64,000 nucleotides of DNA. It comes from Marsupella aquatica (taxonomy: Eukaryota > Plantae > Marchantiophyta). This document shows positions 40,315 through 52,900 of this stretch, piece after piece. A program made the translations under genes and the position numbers. Where the stretch lies: the NCBI GenBank assembly GCA_973895155.1, contig OZ316893.1:20278857-20342856 (forward strand), read 5' to 3'. Positions within the stretch are counted from its first letter, which is position 1, and each line of letters begins with the position of its first letter. The notes beneath the pieces are model-generated. The model was not told the origin of the DNA and made no database searches. It worked only from the letters and a program-made list of their open reading frames with translations.

Positions 40315-42227
40315 GTGGAGTGGATGAGATCTCAAGACAGACCTGAGTTCACCAACGCTCGCATTAGGAGGTACAAGGCGGCCTACCGGGAGTACATCGC
40401 TTTGCAGCTAGCTAGAGAAGAAGAAGAGAAATTGGCAACTAGGGCCACAATGTCAGGGACCAGTGAAGCACCCATGTCACGAAGGACTCAACGACGTTCA
40501 TACCCCAAGACATTGGCCAAGCTTCTGGACGATAGCCATGAATTGTTTGAATCCACCGGGATTATCAATTTAATGCAAGTGGACATGCGTACTCCAGTGG
40601 ATAGGCATTGGAAGATTGAGGATGGGATGGACTTACGGGATGATGGATTGTACTTTGCATGCATCAAGCGCACCCTCCCTCATGACGAATTGACTCGGTT
40701 GCTGATGTTGCACAACCAGGACCTGACATTCTACCCCATGGAGCCACCAGGGACACTCACTTTGGAAGAGTTGGCCATGTACGTGAAGGAGGCTACCTCT
40801 ATGGTACACATTTCCCTTGCATCCTTCAAGGACCCAGCGCTCAGGGGTTTTGTTGGAAAGGTCCATCAATGGATACTCAGTCGGGTGCAATCAGGTATAA
40901 TTACAGGGGAACACTTGGCCATTGCATTGGACATCAAGCAGCACCCGGAGCACACGTAGGGATGGTGGGTGTTTGGTTTGAGGAAAACGCTGACCGCAGA
41001 TCCCAAAGGCCACAAGCCTGGTGGAATCATCCATTTTCTTGGGTCATTTCTCTTGAACAGGATGGAGGGGCTCATCTCAGTTCCCGAACCAGAGGAAGGA
41101 GTATTGCCCTCCTTCCCCACCGTCTTACGAAAGATTGTCACCACCGTCGTACAGAATTTGACCACGGATCCCACCAAGGAACTGGCCACTGAGCCCGTGG
41201 TGGAGGGGGCACCGGATGAAGAGGAGGATATGGATGAAGAGTTTACCATGCAGTGGTTGGAGTCCTTGATTGGTAATCCCGAGGAGCCCATTGTGTATGA
41301 CATTCCAGAGGTATACTTGGCGGAATTGCAAGAGTACCGTGATGCTATTAACGAGGGCTGGCAATTGTGCAAAGCCATGAAGTGGGCTCTGAGTAGGGCC
41401 AATGCTAAGGTGGCCACCTTGCAAGTTGGGCACAAGGCGCTGAAGGAGGTCATACTCTCCAAGGAAGAAACTATTCAAGAGAGGAGTAGGTTGTTGAAGC
41501 AAGCCTATGACCAAGTTGGCCACTTGCAAGGAGCCCTGTCCACCAAGGCCAAGGAGGCTGAGGAAGTAGTTGCTTTGAGGAAGGAGCTGGTAACAATGAA
41601 GCAAGTCGAAAAGGGTGTGGATACCCTCAAAAAGCAGATTTCAGAGTTGCGTGGCCAGGTGAGTGCTTATGAGACAAGGGCCAAGAGAGCCGACGCCCTG
41701 AGTCTAGGGAAGAGGAAGAAGCCCTGTCCACCCGGTGTTACTCCCGTTGCTTCGCCAGAGATGTTGGCCAAAGCCATTGATGCAGTGGTCATCGAAGTAA
41801 CCAAGACATACGGGCCATGTTGGAAGCGGCCACGAAGGACAAGGAGAAGTGCAAGAGCCTGGAGAGTAAGTTGAAGTCAACCCGCAAAGCACTAAGGAAC
41901 GCAACATCTGGCCAGGGAACCACCGGTATGCCACCTAGGTCGGTGACCCCGGGAACTCCCATGGCCATGGGCCAGGTCTTGCCACTGGAATTGCGGGGTG
42001 ATGAGGAGACAACATTGTGGAAGGACACCATCGGTCACGGGTACATCAGGGCTTGGCAGGCTTTGGCGGCATTACGGAAGCAAGGAACCTCGGGCCAAAC
42101 GTCGGGAAGGGCCACCCCGGGGAAGAGTAGGGGAGGAGGTGTTGCATCTACCCAGGGGGGCAGTGAGGCCAGTGATGACTCTCGGGGATGGAACCCTGGC
42201 ACCGTAAGTGAGTCCGAGGAGGATTAG
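40315..42227 (+). pseudogene. Interrupted retrotransposon accessory ORF (plant transposon/Athila-ORF-like domain, acidic linker, coiled coil)
   Basis: ORFs 40315-40959 and 40969-41874 are in the same frame, split by one TAG; 41817-42227 continues after a frameshift. The N-terminal pattern resembles Athila/Tat accessory proteins (recalled similarity) and is followed by heptad-rich coiled coil. Confidence 0.6.
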
Positions 42228-45200
42228 TAGTGGTACGGATGTTGACCATATGGAGGTTGGTTTTGGTCACATGTCCAACTGGCCAACTCTTGGGCTTATT
42301 GGAAGGAGCTCGTCGAGCTGAATCTAACGATGTAAAACACACCTCAAACAGAGTTAAAATGAGAGAGATACGGACCGGAACATTTTGGTGAAGAATTAGG
42401 GTCCGACGCCGTACGGACGTCCGTACAACCTTCAGGAAAGTGACCCGGCCAAGGCAGGGCATGTGGCCATGGCCAGGGTACCTCATTTTGATGTCGTGAT
42501 GGGAGGCCGGGACCGTACGGACTACTTGGACGCGGCGGTGGCCAGGTTAGAGTTTGGGACTCGGTAGGCCATATCTCGGGCGTCTGATGTCCGTTTTGGG
42601 AGCCGTTTTCGGGGTTACGATCAGGATGACAATGGCTATCCACAAAATTTCTCAGGACCAGATTTCGAGCAATTTCTACTTTCGGCTATTTCCATGGCCA
42701 GGGTAGTGGGAGGCGTTGGCCACGACGTAGTAGGGAGGTAGGCCATGGCCTACTCATATAGGACTTAGTTTAGTTTGGTTTAGGTGATGTGATGGCTGAC
42801 GAAGGCACCGTCGGCCTCACTTAGGTAGCAATAGGATTAGGGGTGCGTGTGTGTGCCGCATGTGTAGAAACTTTTAGGTTAGCGGCACCAGTGGATGGCG
42901 GCCAGCCAGGGCAGTGGCCGCCGCCACACCATAGGGCTTGTGTGTTCACGCATTGCTGTTTTCAGTATTTAACCAGCAGCCCCCGGTAGGAGCAAGGGGG
43001 GGAACTCAGTCTAGTGTTATTTTTGTGAGGATTAGCCTTCAACAAGAGTAGGGAATTGATCCGGAGTATTGAGGTGGAGAGGGCTCATTGTCCCGTGAGG
43101 CAGGAGTTGGGTAGACGGTAGGAGACCGGGTTGCCCATGCAATGTGTTACCTTGGCCACTAATAGATATGGATTCGGTTGGATTTTCATGACTTCTTACG
43201 TGTTGTTCCCTCTCTTGATTGCACGATTGTGTTCTTCCCCTAGTATGAGTATTTAGAGAAACTTACATGGCATGGTCGACCCTGTGAGTGGGAGAGTGGT
43301 GACAGCACTTTGCCAAAGGCCAGGAGGAGTAGAAGCAAGGTAGTCCATGGGACTTGATCAAAAGCAGGTTACATATAGTCGGTAGACTTGATCAAAAAAT
43401 ACATTTCCGGGAGCGGAAACGAATCTACTCATCCTTAGTATGAAATTGATCCATATAGCGTCCCTCCACGTCCCCGTTATATGATACAAACGATTTTTTT
43501 AGCGGAACCATGTGGTATTTGTTGTGTTAGTCGTTTGATAAGCAGGTGACACTAGTGACACACACTAAGGACTTAGACTAGATGAGAGCTGGTCGGGTCA
43601 AGGGGAAAAGGGGTCGGGCCCAAGGTTGACCGCCCGGACCCCCGGACGGACTTGGAGTTTTGAGGGCTTGAGTGAGAGCTCCTCTTGGGCCCAAGGCCAA
43701 TGGAGTTGACGCCATGGGCAATGGATACTTGTGGCACAAGTTATGGCACGATCCGGGTTTGGCTGATCGAGGGCCATGAGCGGTGATGAGATCTGAGGAC
43801 CTAGGCATGAGCACTGGTTTGGCCCGATCACTACGGGCTAAGGCACTCTACTTGCGGACGCCTAACTAGGAAGTTATGGGCTTTGCCAGTTGGTGGCCTG
43901 CCAAGACATGCGGGATAGGATCCGAGTTGTGCACCAAAAAGTTGAGGACCAAAGTTGGTCTGGGGGTGGTAGGTCTCCAGAAGCATATATGAGGGGAGTG
44001 GTGTGTCCCTGGGGACTAAGGGCGAGCTGAAGTCGTGAGTTGCGACGGTTGCAACACTAAGGAAAAATGCCAAATGGAAACGACGATGGAGGACTTTTTG
44101 GGTGCGTTGGATAGCTCTTGAGTAGGACTACATCCTCCTGGGCTCAGCTGAGTCTGGAGGCGCCGTAGGTTCTCGAGGTTTGCAGTTGTTATCACGCCCG
44201 CTTGCCAATTCCTGTTGAAACAATAGCCAAACCGCGTTTAGTCTCTCAAGGGAGCTTGCGTTGGGGAGGCAAGGCCAAGTAGGCGTGGAGATTGAGTTCC
44301 AAGGGCACTTGGCCCTAGACCATTAGTGGGGCAAGAATTGGGAGTTAGTTGTTAAAGTCGGGGCCATCTGGTCCCAGCGTGTTGGGACAAGCTTTAAGAC
44401 AAGCTACGCTATTTGGGCCATGAGCATGTCTTGGGGGCAGGGCGGTCAGTTGGTGATGGATAGGTATGAGGGGGAACCCGGGCCGCGCCCAAGGAAGGAA
44501 GGAACTGTTCTGGTTCCGGCTTATGGCATCGGGAGGACCTATCGCTTACCTACTTACCAATGTCTATTGAGGTTGAGTTAGGATGCTAGACTTAGGGAGA
44601 TCTAGATCCTGAAGGGTTGCTTACTGAGACACTTGGTTGCTTGTGTAGACAGTGAGGACCGTTGAGTAGCGGTGGTGTTGGAGAGCAAGTGCGGCTTCGT
44701 ATGGGAGGGGCCGCTGGTGGTGCAAGGGGCACTAGGGTGCTTGCTCGAGGTATTCTGTGGAGGTGTTTGGACACCAGGGGCACTTAGGTGTGGGTGCCGG
44801 GATTGGTGAGGGCGCTGGGTGGCAAGGTCCACCACTGAGGGTCTCAAACAAGACAATTAAATACATCAAGAGGGGGTGAAAATAATTCCAAAGTCCAAAA
44901 ATACAAAGGATACACCTTGCCTAAAATAAATTGAAACCAAATATATATATCCAAAATCTCAATAAGACAAATTAACCTGAGTAGGCTCCCAAACAAGGTA
45001 ACACCAGAAAAAGATATAATTCCCACAAAAAGAGTGACATAGCCCAAGTTTTGAGGGGCATTATGCTCATTGCTAGAACATTAACCTATGTAAACGCTTG
45101 AGTGATTTTTCCATAAGAGAAAAGAAAAAGTGAATCTCTGAAATAGAAAAATGAAGGTAAAAGACCATGCAAGAAGTGGTTGCTATGCAATTGGCCAAAA

Positions 45201-45715
45201 CACACACACACACACACTAACAAAGTTAAAAACAAACATTGTGATCTTTGAGACACTTTATTATCTTGTTTTATGCAACAACACTATATTTGTGTTTTAC
45301 ATAGCTTTCATACATTTATAGTGTTTCACATAATCCACTACTCAAAATAAAGGAGGTTGTATGAAAATTCAATGCACTAAAAAATACAAAGAGAAAAATT
45401 CCCCTTTTCCCATCCATTTCATCTCAAGTGCAATGTGTCAATTACGAGACATTGCAGTCAATGAGACATATTGCACTTATGAGGTCTCACTGTACTAGAA
45501 AATAATCAATGGCTAAGGTAAACGCACGGCAGTGTGAGCTCTCACTAGGATGTCAACTGAGTCCATTTTGGGGGGAAGGTGGTCTGAAAAACAGACGGAG
45601 ACAAGTAAACAAAAACAAACTCAATCTCTAAGGAGAAACTGAAATCTATATATCTATGTGAATCATGAAAGTGTGAGCTAAAATTATTGTAGCATATCCT
45701 CTCAGTCTATTTTTT

Positions 45716-45876
45716 AGTGGCCATGCTTGACTTTGCAAAGCCAGAGGAGGTAACTTGGTGTGAAAGTTTATCGAGTCTAGCCAGATGGAAGCGGATCCCA
45801 GGTTTTTTGTGTCATGTCCTCTTAATTTGGAGTTTACAAAGTCAATCCTGGCTTCACAAAGTCAAGCATGGCCACT
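45716..45876. mobile_element. Short fold-back element / MITE-like inverted repeat
   Basis: agtggccatgcttgactttgcaaagccag (45716-45744) pairs with ctggcttcacaaagtcaagcatggccact (45848-45876) at 27 of 29 positions, with weaker pairing further out. Confidence 0.75.
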
Positions 45877-47729
45877 CACTTGAAATAAACAGCTAGGATG
45901 AAATCCTAAATAATGTCCAAGAGAAGTGTCGTTCAGTTCATTCTAGTAAAGCACAAGATTCCATCATTGTTTGGTATGAGGTAACAAAGCTGTATATATA
46001 AATCTGGCCTAAGAACAAAAGTTGTAAATGTACTAAAAAATGGGTCATACCTTGTAAGCTCACGAGGAGTTAGCTTCACTATGTATCATCGTTATAATTA
46101 TGGTTATATGTAATATTTATTGGGAACCGGGATTGGCCATTGAACCCCCAATTTTGAATTCCCAGGGCAACATAGTAGGTAGCAAACGTTTTTGTAGAGA
46201 GCAGCTACCCAGCAATGGAACTTCCTTTCCCCAACCTGACCGGGACTAGTCAGGTTTGGGCTGGGTTTCATGGTGGAGTGGTTTTGTTTGGAAGTATGAG
46301 TGTGGTTGCACCCTCTAACAACTTAACACTACCATCTTTCTCGAGTTAGCCTCTTCCTGTTAGGTGAGTGGCCAGCTGCTGACAGCCCTCTTGGTCCACC
46401 CAGAGGCGGTCCCCAAGGTTGCTTGCACTACTCACCTCCTGGGTCCCTTGGGAACTACCCTTAATATGTCGCCCACTGAATTTATTGAGCTTTTTTTCAA
46501 AAGACTTTTGGTTTGAAGTTTCTCTTTAAAACAATAAATAACCCTCTAGTTTGCTTTGGTGAAAATAGTCACAAGTGTTCCTCCCCCACATCTTGTAAAG
46601 CTAAATGAGGAGGCTAAGGGAGGACTGCATTCAAGAGGGGAAGGCATTATTATACTAGTTGAGAGGATGATGAACTTAATAAACTTTTTCTTTGCTATCC
46701 GAGCATTACTTTCTCAACTTCTTTTCTCAACTTCTTGGTTGAAAGTAAAATACAATCCCCCACCCTTGAGCCCTGGGAACTGACCTAAATGTTTGGCAAA
46801 AATAATGCCTGGATGGACCAGCGAAATCCAGATGCACTGTAAAATAACACTTTCATTTCCTCACCATAACACTTTTTGGTTGCTCAAAAATATATAGTTT
46901 TCTGAATCAACTCTAGCATGATCAATTCGGGTTGGAACATTTATTGGAGTGGTCTATCCAAATCGCTTTCTGCACTCTTTGGTGAAAAGAAGAGAAAATG
47001 CCCTAGTCTCAAGACCAGGGAAACTGACCTAGCAGTTTGACAAAATGTGTGCATGGCCTGCAAAAATCATTTTCCGTACTCAGGAAACCCTTCTTTCTTG
47101 TTTCAAGTTTTTTTCACACACTTAAATTTTTTTTTTCTGGACTTATATAACACTTCTTGTTAATTCAACAAAAAAATTCATACTTTTCTGGTGAGGGGGT
47201 TACAAAGTTCAGGGGAGTGGTCCATCCATCCTACCATCACCTTTTTTGACTCCTTGGTGAATTGAAAACAGAGAGAATATCCCTTCTCGGTTTCCAGGGT
47301 GGGTCCCACTCGAGCCCCGGGAGAATGGCCCCTACTTAATAATGGAAACGGTCCATTTAAAGCAAAAAAGGAATGTTTCCGTTAGGTCTGCCCTTGGACA
47401 GTTGGACCTTTGGAGGCTGCCCAAACGTACTGTACTACTGGGAGAGTCTTTGTTCAGCAGCCACGTATGTGACTCCAGTAAGTTCCCGCCGAAGATGCTC
47501 TGCCGTCACATTGAATGTTTGTGCGGTCTGGTCGGTTCGGCTCTGGTCTACAAAGTTGGAGCGCAACAGAGGAAAAGCAGGGTGATCCCGAGCTTTTCTT
47601 TACAGCCAATCGACATCGACACTCCCGCATCCCGCCCTTCTATACTACTGTGTTCGGGTGTTGAAAACGAATTCCCGGGTTTGAGTTTGGGAGCGGGAGG
47701 TGGTCGGGTTGGACTCTAAAAAGGATGTG

Positions 47730-48460
47730 AATTCCACTTCTCGAATCTTCAGAGGTAGGCAATTGAATCGTGGACAACTTGGTTTGTTGAATCAAGTTTC
47801 CTCATGCTATCCGCTGTTGTTCTGCGAAAGTGGGAATCGGAGGATCTTTAGGAGAACGGATGGCTCTGCGGTGTGGAAATGCAGAGCTGGGAACGAATTT
47901 CGTCTCTCGAATCTTAGACTGATTCGTCCACCTCGGAGCCTAGAGGAAGGCGCTGAATCGTGGACTTCTTGGTTTGAATCCAGTTTTCTCTTTCTGTCCG
48001 CTGCTGTTCTGAAAAAGTGGGAATCGGGGGATTTTTAGGAGAAGATGGCCCTGCGCTGTGGAAATGCAGAGGTGGGAAGTTCTTTCACTTCTCGAATCTT
48101 AGACTAATCCGCTCGCCTCGAAGCTGAAAGGAAGGCGCTGAATCGTAGACTTCTTGGTTTGTTGAATCCAGTTTTTTCTTGCTATCCTCTGTTGTTCTGG
48201 AAAGGGGAATCGGAGGATTTTTAGGAAAAGGATGGCTCTGGGGTGTGGAAATGCAGAGGTAGGAACGAATTTCACTTCTCGAATCTTACACTGATTCGTT
48301 CGCCTCGGAGCTTAAAGGTAGCCGCTGAATCGTGGTTTGTGGAATCCTGTTTTCGCTTACTATCCCCTGTTGTTTCGACAATGGGGAAATCGGAGGATTC
48401 TTAGAAGGATGGCTCTGCGCTGTGGAAATGCGGAGGATGGCTCTGCGCTGTTGAAATGCG
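47730..48460. repeat. ~166-187 bp tandem repeat, 4 copies, at the putative first exon/intron of RDR copy 1
   Basis: tctcgaatctt anchors near 47741, 47907, 48092 and 48279, with shared gctgaatcgt..., ggaatcgg.ggat and ggatggc.ctg.g.tgtggaaatgc.gag. Confidence 0.93.
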
Positions 48461-48619
48461 GAGCCCCGTCATCTGATTGCTGGAAACGTAGATTTGGCGA
48501 GATGGTTTCCTCAGTCTGTATGCTGTCGAGCTGGTAGTGACTGGGGAATATCGCGTCATGGATCATCTTCGCAGTTCCAATATCAAGCTGCCTTTTGAAT
48601 GCCTCTTCTGAATTCTCTG

Positions 48620-49208
48620 GAAACCCGATGAACTTTGTTCATGAAGTGAATTACACGACATGCTGTCGCAAATTGACAAATGTTCACTTGCAAATATGGC
48701 AGAACTATGCAAATAGAAGAGTCCACATCTCTCCCTCGAAGCACTCAAGGCTCAGCGTAAAATGCGGAGATTGAGCTTGCTTCCTTAATCGAGAACGATC
48801 TAGAACGACAGATCTAATAAGGTGACCACTTTTGGCACGCAGAAACGTATTACTTATTTCAACCTAGCAGATTTCGTGAATTTGGATAACAGTCTTCCCT
48901 TCGTGCTTGAGACGTGGACGGTCCCAATCCTATTGGCTGGGAAGCTCGGACTTTTGCCCGCAGGGATGCAGAGATGCTCTTGCATGGAGAAACCTGATGA
49001 TAAACAAGCAGATCAATCTGCTTGTGGATCAAGTCACCGGATAGTGGTCAAGGATTTCACCGGACATGATGCATTCTCACCTGAAGCATCCTGAAGGGGT
49101 GAAGTTTGGACGATTTGGTCGCTCTTCCAGATGTAAATCTTCAATGCGGATCTAACCTCTCTCCAGGGATTTCCCCTAGTCCTGACCTATGCGAATCTTC
49201 AACTCAAG
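48620..49208 (+). pseudogene. Degenerate F-box(-associated) gene remnant upstream of RDR copy 1
   Basis: S*SELHDMLSQIDKCSLANMAELCK, LPFVL...LLAGKLGLL, NLMINK and DAFSPEAS*RG resemble F-box and F-box-associated motifs, with Trp codons apparently changed to TGA. Confidence 0.45.
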
Positions 49209-49900
49209 GTAATTATTTTTTTGGTATTGAGCTGACTGTCTAGTCCTCCAGGGAAGGGTTGAATTCTGTAGCCGGAAAAATTATCAGTATAGAGAGGGAT
49301 ATCGAATCGACTGAGCCCATAGGGTCCCTAGCTTGTCTCGATGCCCTACTTCCCGTTTCAATTCAGCAGTTCTGTAGTGCGTGAAGTGACTCCTTGCTCG
49401 CCAGGGATCTCCCAGTTTTGAATAAAAGTTCCTGAGTGTCGTTTCCGGGCTCGTTTTCTCACGTACACGACAGTTTCCCAATCGAAACTATAGTCGCGAT
49501 GATGATAATGGAAGCCGTTCTCAGATTACCAGCTCCGCCCAAGACACCTTCTGACCTATTCCGGTTGTGCAATCAAGGATTTGTTTCTTGGTTCTTTGCA
49601 CCACTTGGTTTCTTGCCGTTTCCCTCCTTGGCCTAGCCTGCAGTGACTCCTATCTATTTTAATTCTCCCGACGTGATGACTTCTTTTGACTTACATTTGC
49701 ATTCAATGCTGTTAGAAGACGACCTCCAGTAAGTCTCAGTTTCAGTTGGGGTATCCTAGAAATGGATCACTCAAGATGGGGCAGTTGCTTCTCCTCATCT
49801 CTAGCACTAGCGTGCAAAGCTGATAGTTTTTTAGGAATCTTATGCTTACAATTTCCGATTGTCTTGGTGTCAGGGACTTGTCTCCGGCAGGGGTGGGAGG

Positions 49901-52900
49901 ATGAGTCCTGCTCTCCAGACCCCGACCCTAGTGTCATTTGGGAATTTCCCAGAGGATGTGCAAGCAGAGGAACTCAAAGAGTTCTTGGAATCCAGGGTGG
50001 GTCTCGTTCTTCGATGCAAAATCAAGAAGGCACCGCCCCCAACTCCTCCCCATGCCTTCGTTCAATTTGAATCTCCCAAAGTGGCCCAAGAAGCGCTAAA
50101 AATGGCCAAGAAGTGTCGTCTAATCTTAAGACAACAATGGCAATTGGAGGCTCACATGGACGACCGAGCATGGGTCACTGGTCAACGGGGTCTGAACTCC
50201 AAGGTTAATACACACATTGTGTTGACCGACGTGAAGGTGGAGGTGGGTTCCATTCTAGGACCAGAGTCTATGCTCATCAGTTGGAGAGGTCCTAAGAAAT
50301 GGCCATTCTTTCGCATAGAACCTCCTAGTAAGCGCTTGAGGTTGTTCTTCTCTCAGGATCTAAAGCTCAGCCCTGAATCCAACAAGATCTGGTGTGATGT
50401 GATGATGGAGGTACGTTTACATACAGTCAAACAGGTTCGAGAACTAGAGCGTGAGGAGGATCCCGTTCTACTCCTTCAGCTATCGGCGCCTCCTTGGATC
50501 TTTTACCGAACTGCAGAAGACGACATTTATGAGTATTATAGGGATCCTTCACAGCTCGCTGACGATGAAGATCCCTGGATTCGTTCCTTGGACATTGTCA
50601 CTCCTGACAGGAGTATTGGACGGTGTTTGGATTACAGGCTCACCGTGTCTCCTCGCCAGAGAACAGCATTCATGAAAGTGGTGGGGTACTTCAGAGACCA
50701 GAACGTTCTGCAGAAACCTATGCAAGCGCCATACGCCCTTCACGACGAGAAGGCTCCAAATTCAAATGGACATTTTTTCACAGTGCCACATCAGAAGGAC
50801 ATTCCATTTGACGCAATGGTGCTCGTGAATTCTCTAGTCCATCATGGGATTTTGCATGTCAGTAATCTTTCCCAAGCCTTCTATAATTTGTTGAAGCCAA
50901 ATGGTAGAACGTCAGCCGTAGTTGGGATACATGCACTAAGACACATGCTCACGTACGAGAGACCCGTGTTCAAGCCTGCAGAGGAGCTACGATCAATCAT
51001 CCAGGAAGTGATGAATGATGAGATTGTAGTGACGGAACCGGAGCTGACAGAGAGAACTATGGAGGTCAGGAGATTGATCATAACTCCGACTCGGGCTGTG
51101 TGTCTTGCTCCAGAGGTTGAGGTCTCGAACCGAGTGACAAGACATTTCAAGAGAATATCTGACCGTTTCTTGAGAGTTTCTTTCATGGATGAGGATGGGC
51201 AGTCCATTTCTTCCGAGTCACTGACGGTTCAGGTAGCTCCGATTGTCAAAGCGGTGTCTAACAATCTATTTTACTTCAGAACGACCGTTTACAAGCGCGT
51301 TGTGAACATAATGAAGGACGGGTTTCGTCTCTGTGGACGGGAGTACCACTTTTTGGCCTTTTCCAATGGGCAGCTCAGGGATGCTTCTGCTTGGTTTTAC
51401 GCCACTGATGGCTACATCAAAGCAAATGAGATTCGGGAGTGGATGGGAACTTTCCCTGGCAGAAATGTAGCAAAGTATGCTGCGAGAATGGGACAGTGTT
51501 TCTCAGCAACTCGAAGAACAACTGTAGTTCAGACCGCAGAAGTTCTCGACTTGGCTGATATAACGAGAAATGGCTACGATTTCTCGGATGGCTGTGGCAA
51601 GATTAGTCCTGAATTTGCTCAGGTTGTAGCTGAGATTTTGAAATTGAGCGAGAACCCGCCATCGGTATATCAAATTCGATATGCTGGATACAAAGGGGTG
51701 GTCGCAGTTGGGCCTATAGAGACTATCGGTGGACAGATACACAAGCTTGCTTTGCGAGGTAGCATGAAGAAGTTCAAGTCTGACCATCGTGATTTGGAGA
51801 TCTGTGACTGGTCGAAGTTCATTCCTTTGTACTTGAATCGACAGATCATCACTCTTCTGTCCACTTTAAATGTAGAGGACAGGGTCTTCGAAGAACTGCA
51901 GGAGACGATGGTCCAGAATCTAAATCGTATGGTGGTGGACGGGGAATTGGCTTATTCTGTAATGAGGGCGTCTTGCGGGGGTGAGCTTTGTAATACTGCA
52001 CTCCGAATGCTGGGTGCAGGATTTGATCCTAATTCTGAAGCTCATTTGAAGTCTATGCTGGTGGCTATAAGGGCTAGCCAGATAGGGGATTTGGTCCGGA
52101 AGACCAGGATCTTTGTACCAAAAGGGAGGCGGCTCTTGGGTTGTTTGGACGAAACGGGAACTTTGAACTATGGTGAATGCTTTGTCCAAGTAACAAGCCC
52201 AGAGGATCGATGCACCACTATCATTATAAAAGGACCGTGTATTATGACGAAAAATCCATGCATGCATCCTGGGGACATCCGACTGCTCATGGCTGTTGAC
52301 GTTCCTGCATTGCACAACATGGTTGACTGTTTGGTTTTTCCCCAAAATGGACCGAGGCCTCATTCTAATGAAGCATCTGGCAGCGACTTAGATGGGGATG
52401 ATTACTTTCTCTCTTGGGATAAAAATCTACTGCCACCTAGCAAAAGGAGCTTGGCTCCAATGGAGTATATTACAGAGGTGGCGAAGGATTTGCGGGCACC
52501 AGTGAAAATAGAGGTAAGGAAAGAAACTTGTCTCGCGGTTAGTTGTCTTTCTCAATGCTGTGAGCCAATGGCTGTTGCCGTTTGTTCCCAGTGTGTTCAC
52601 CCATCGCACGTAACTGGAAACACCTTGTCGAAGGAATTTCCAGGTATAGGTGGGATGGGTTTCGTCCGGACTAGGTTTTGGCCCAAATTACAGAGCGAGT
52701 GGTATCAGATGTGCTCTCGAGTGTTGCTCTGTGTTTCATTCTTCAACTTCGTTTAAGTCGAATTACTTCCGTAGTACCCAACATCCTGGAGCAGAATGTC
52801 AGTGGAGACTTTTGCTGATATTTGGTTCTTTTGTTTGAACTGTCGGGTGAGCAGGATGTTGCGGAGTTTTTTGCTAATCACATTCTGAATGATAACTTGG

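Larger units (their letters stand above)
38830..44830. mobile_element. Degenerate LTR-retrotransposon-derived region (Ty3/Gypsy-like, no recognisable pol)
   Basis: Abrupt GC-rich block containing internal direct repeats, an accessory-type ORF and LTR-like sequence (42300-42700). Boundaries are approximate; no RT or integrase motifs were found. Confidence 0.5.

Noticed and set aside
43350-43520. Possible organellar (NUPT/NUMT) insertion
   Set aside because: The composition differs from its flanks, but I cannot match it to any organellar gene.
49859-52756. ORF-track proteins of 965 and 290 aa (and 931 and 295 aa) as separate genes
   Set aside because: They are the two exons of each RDR gene; the ORF ends run into intron sequence.
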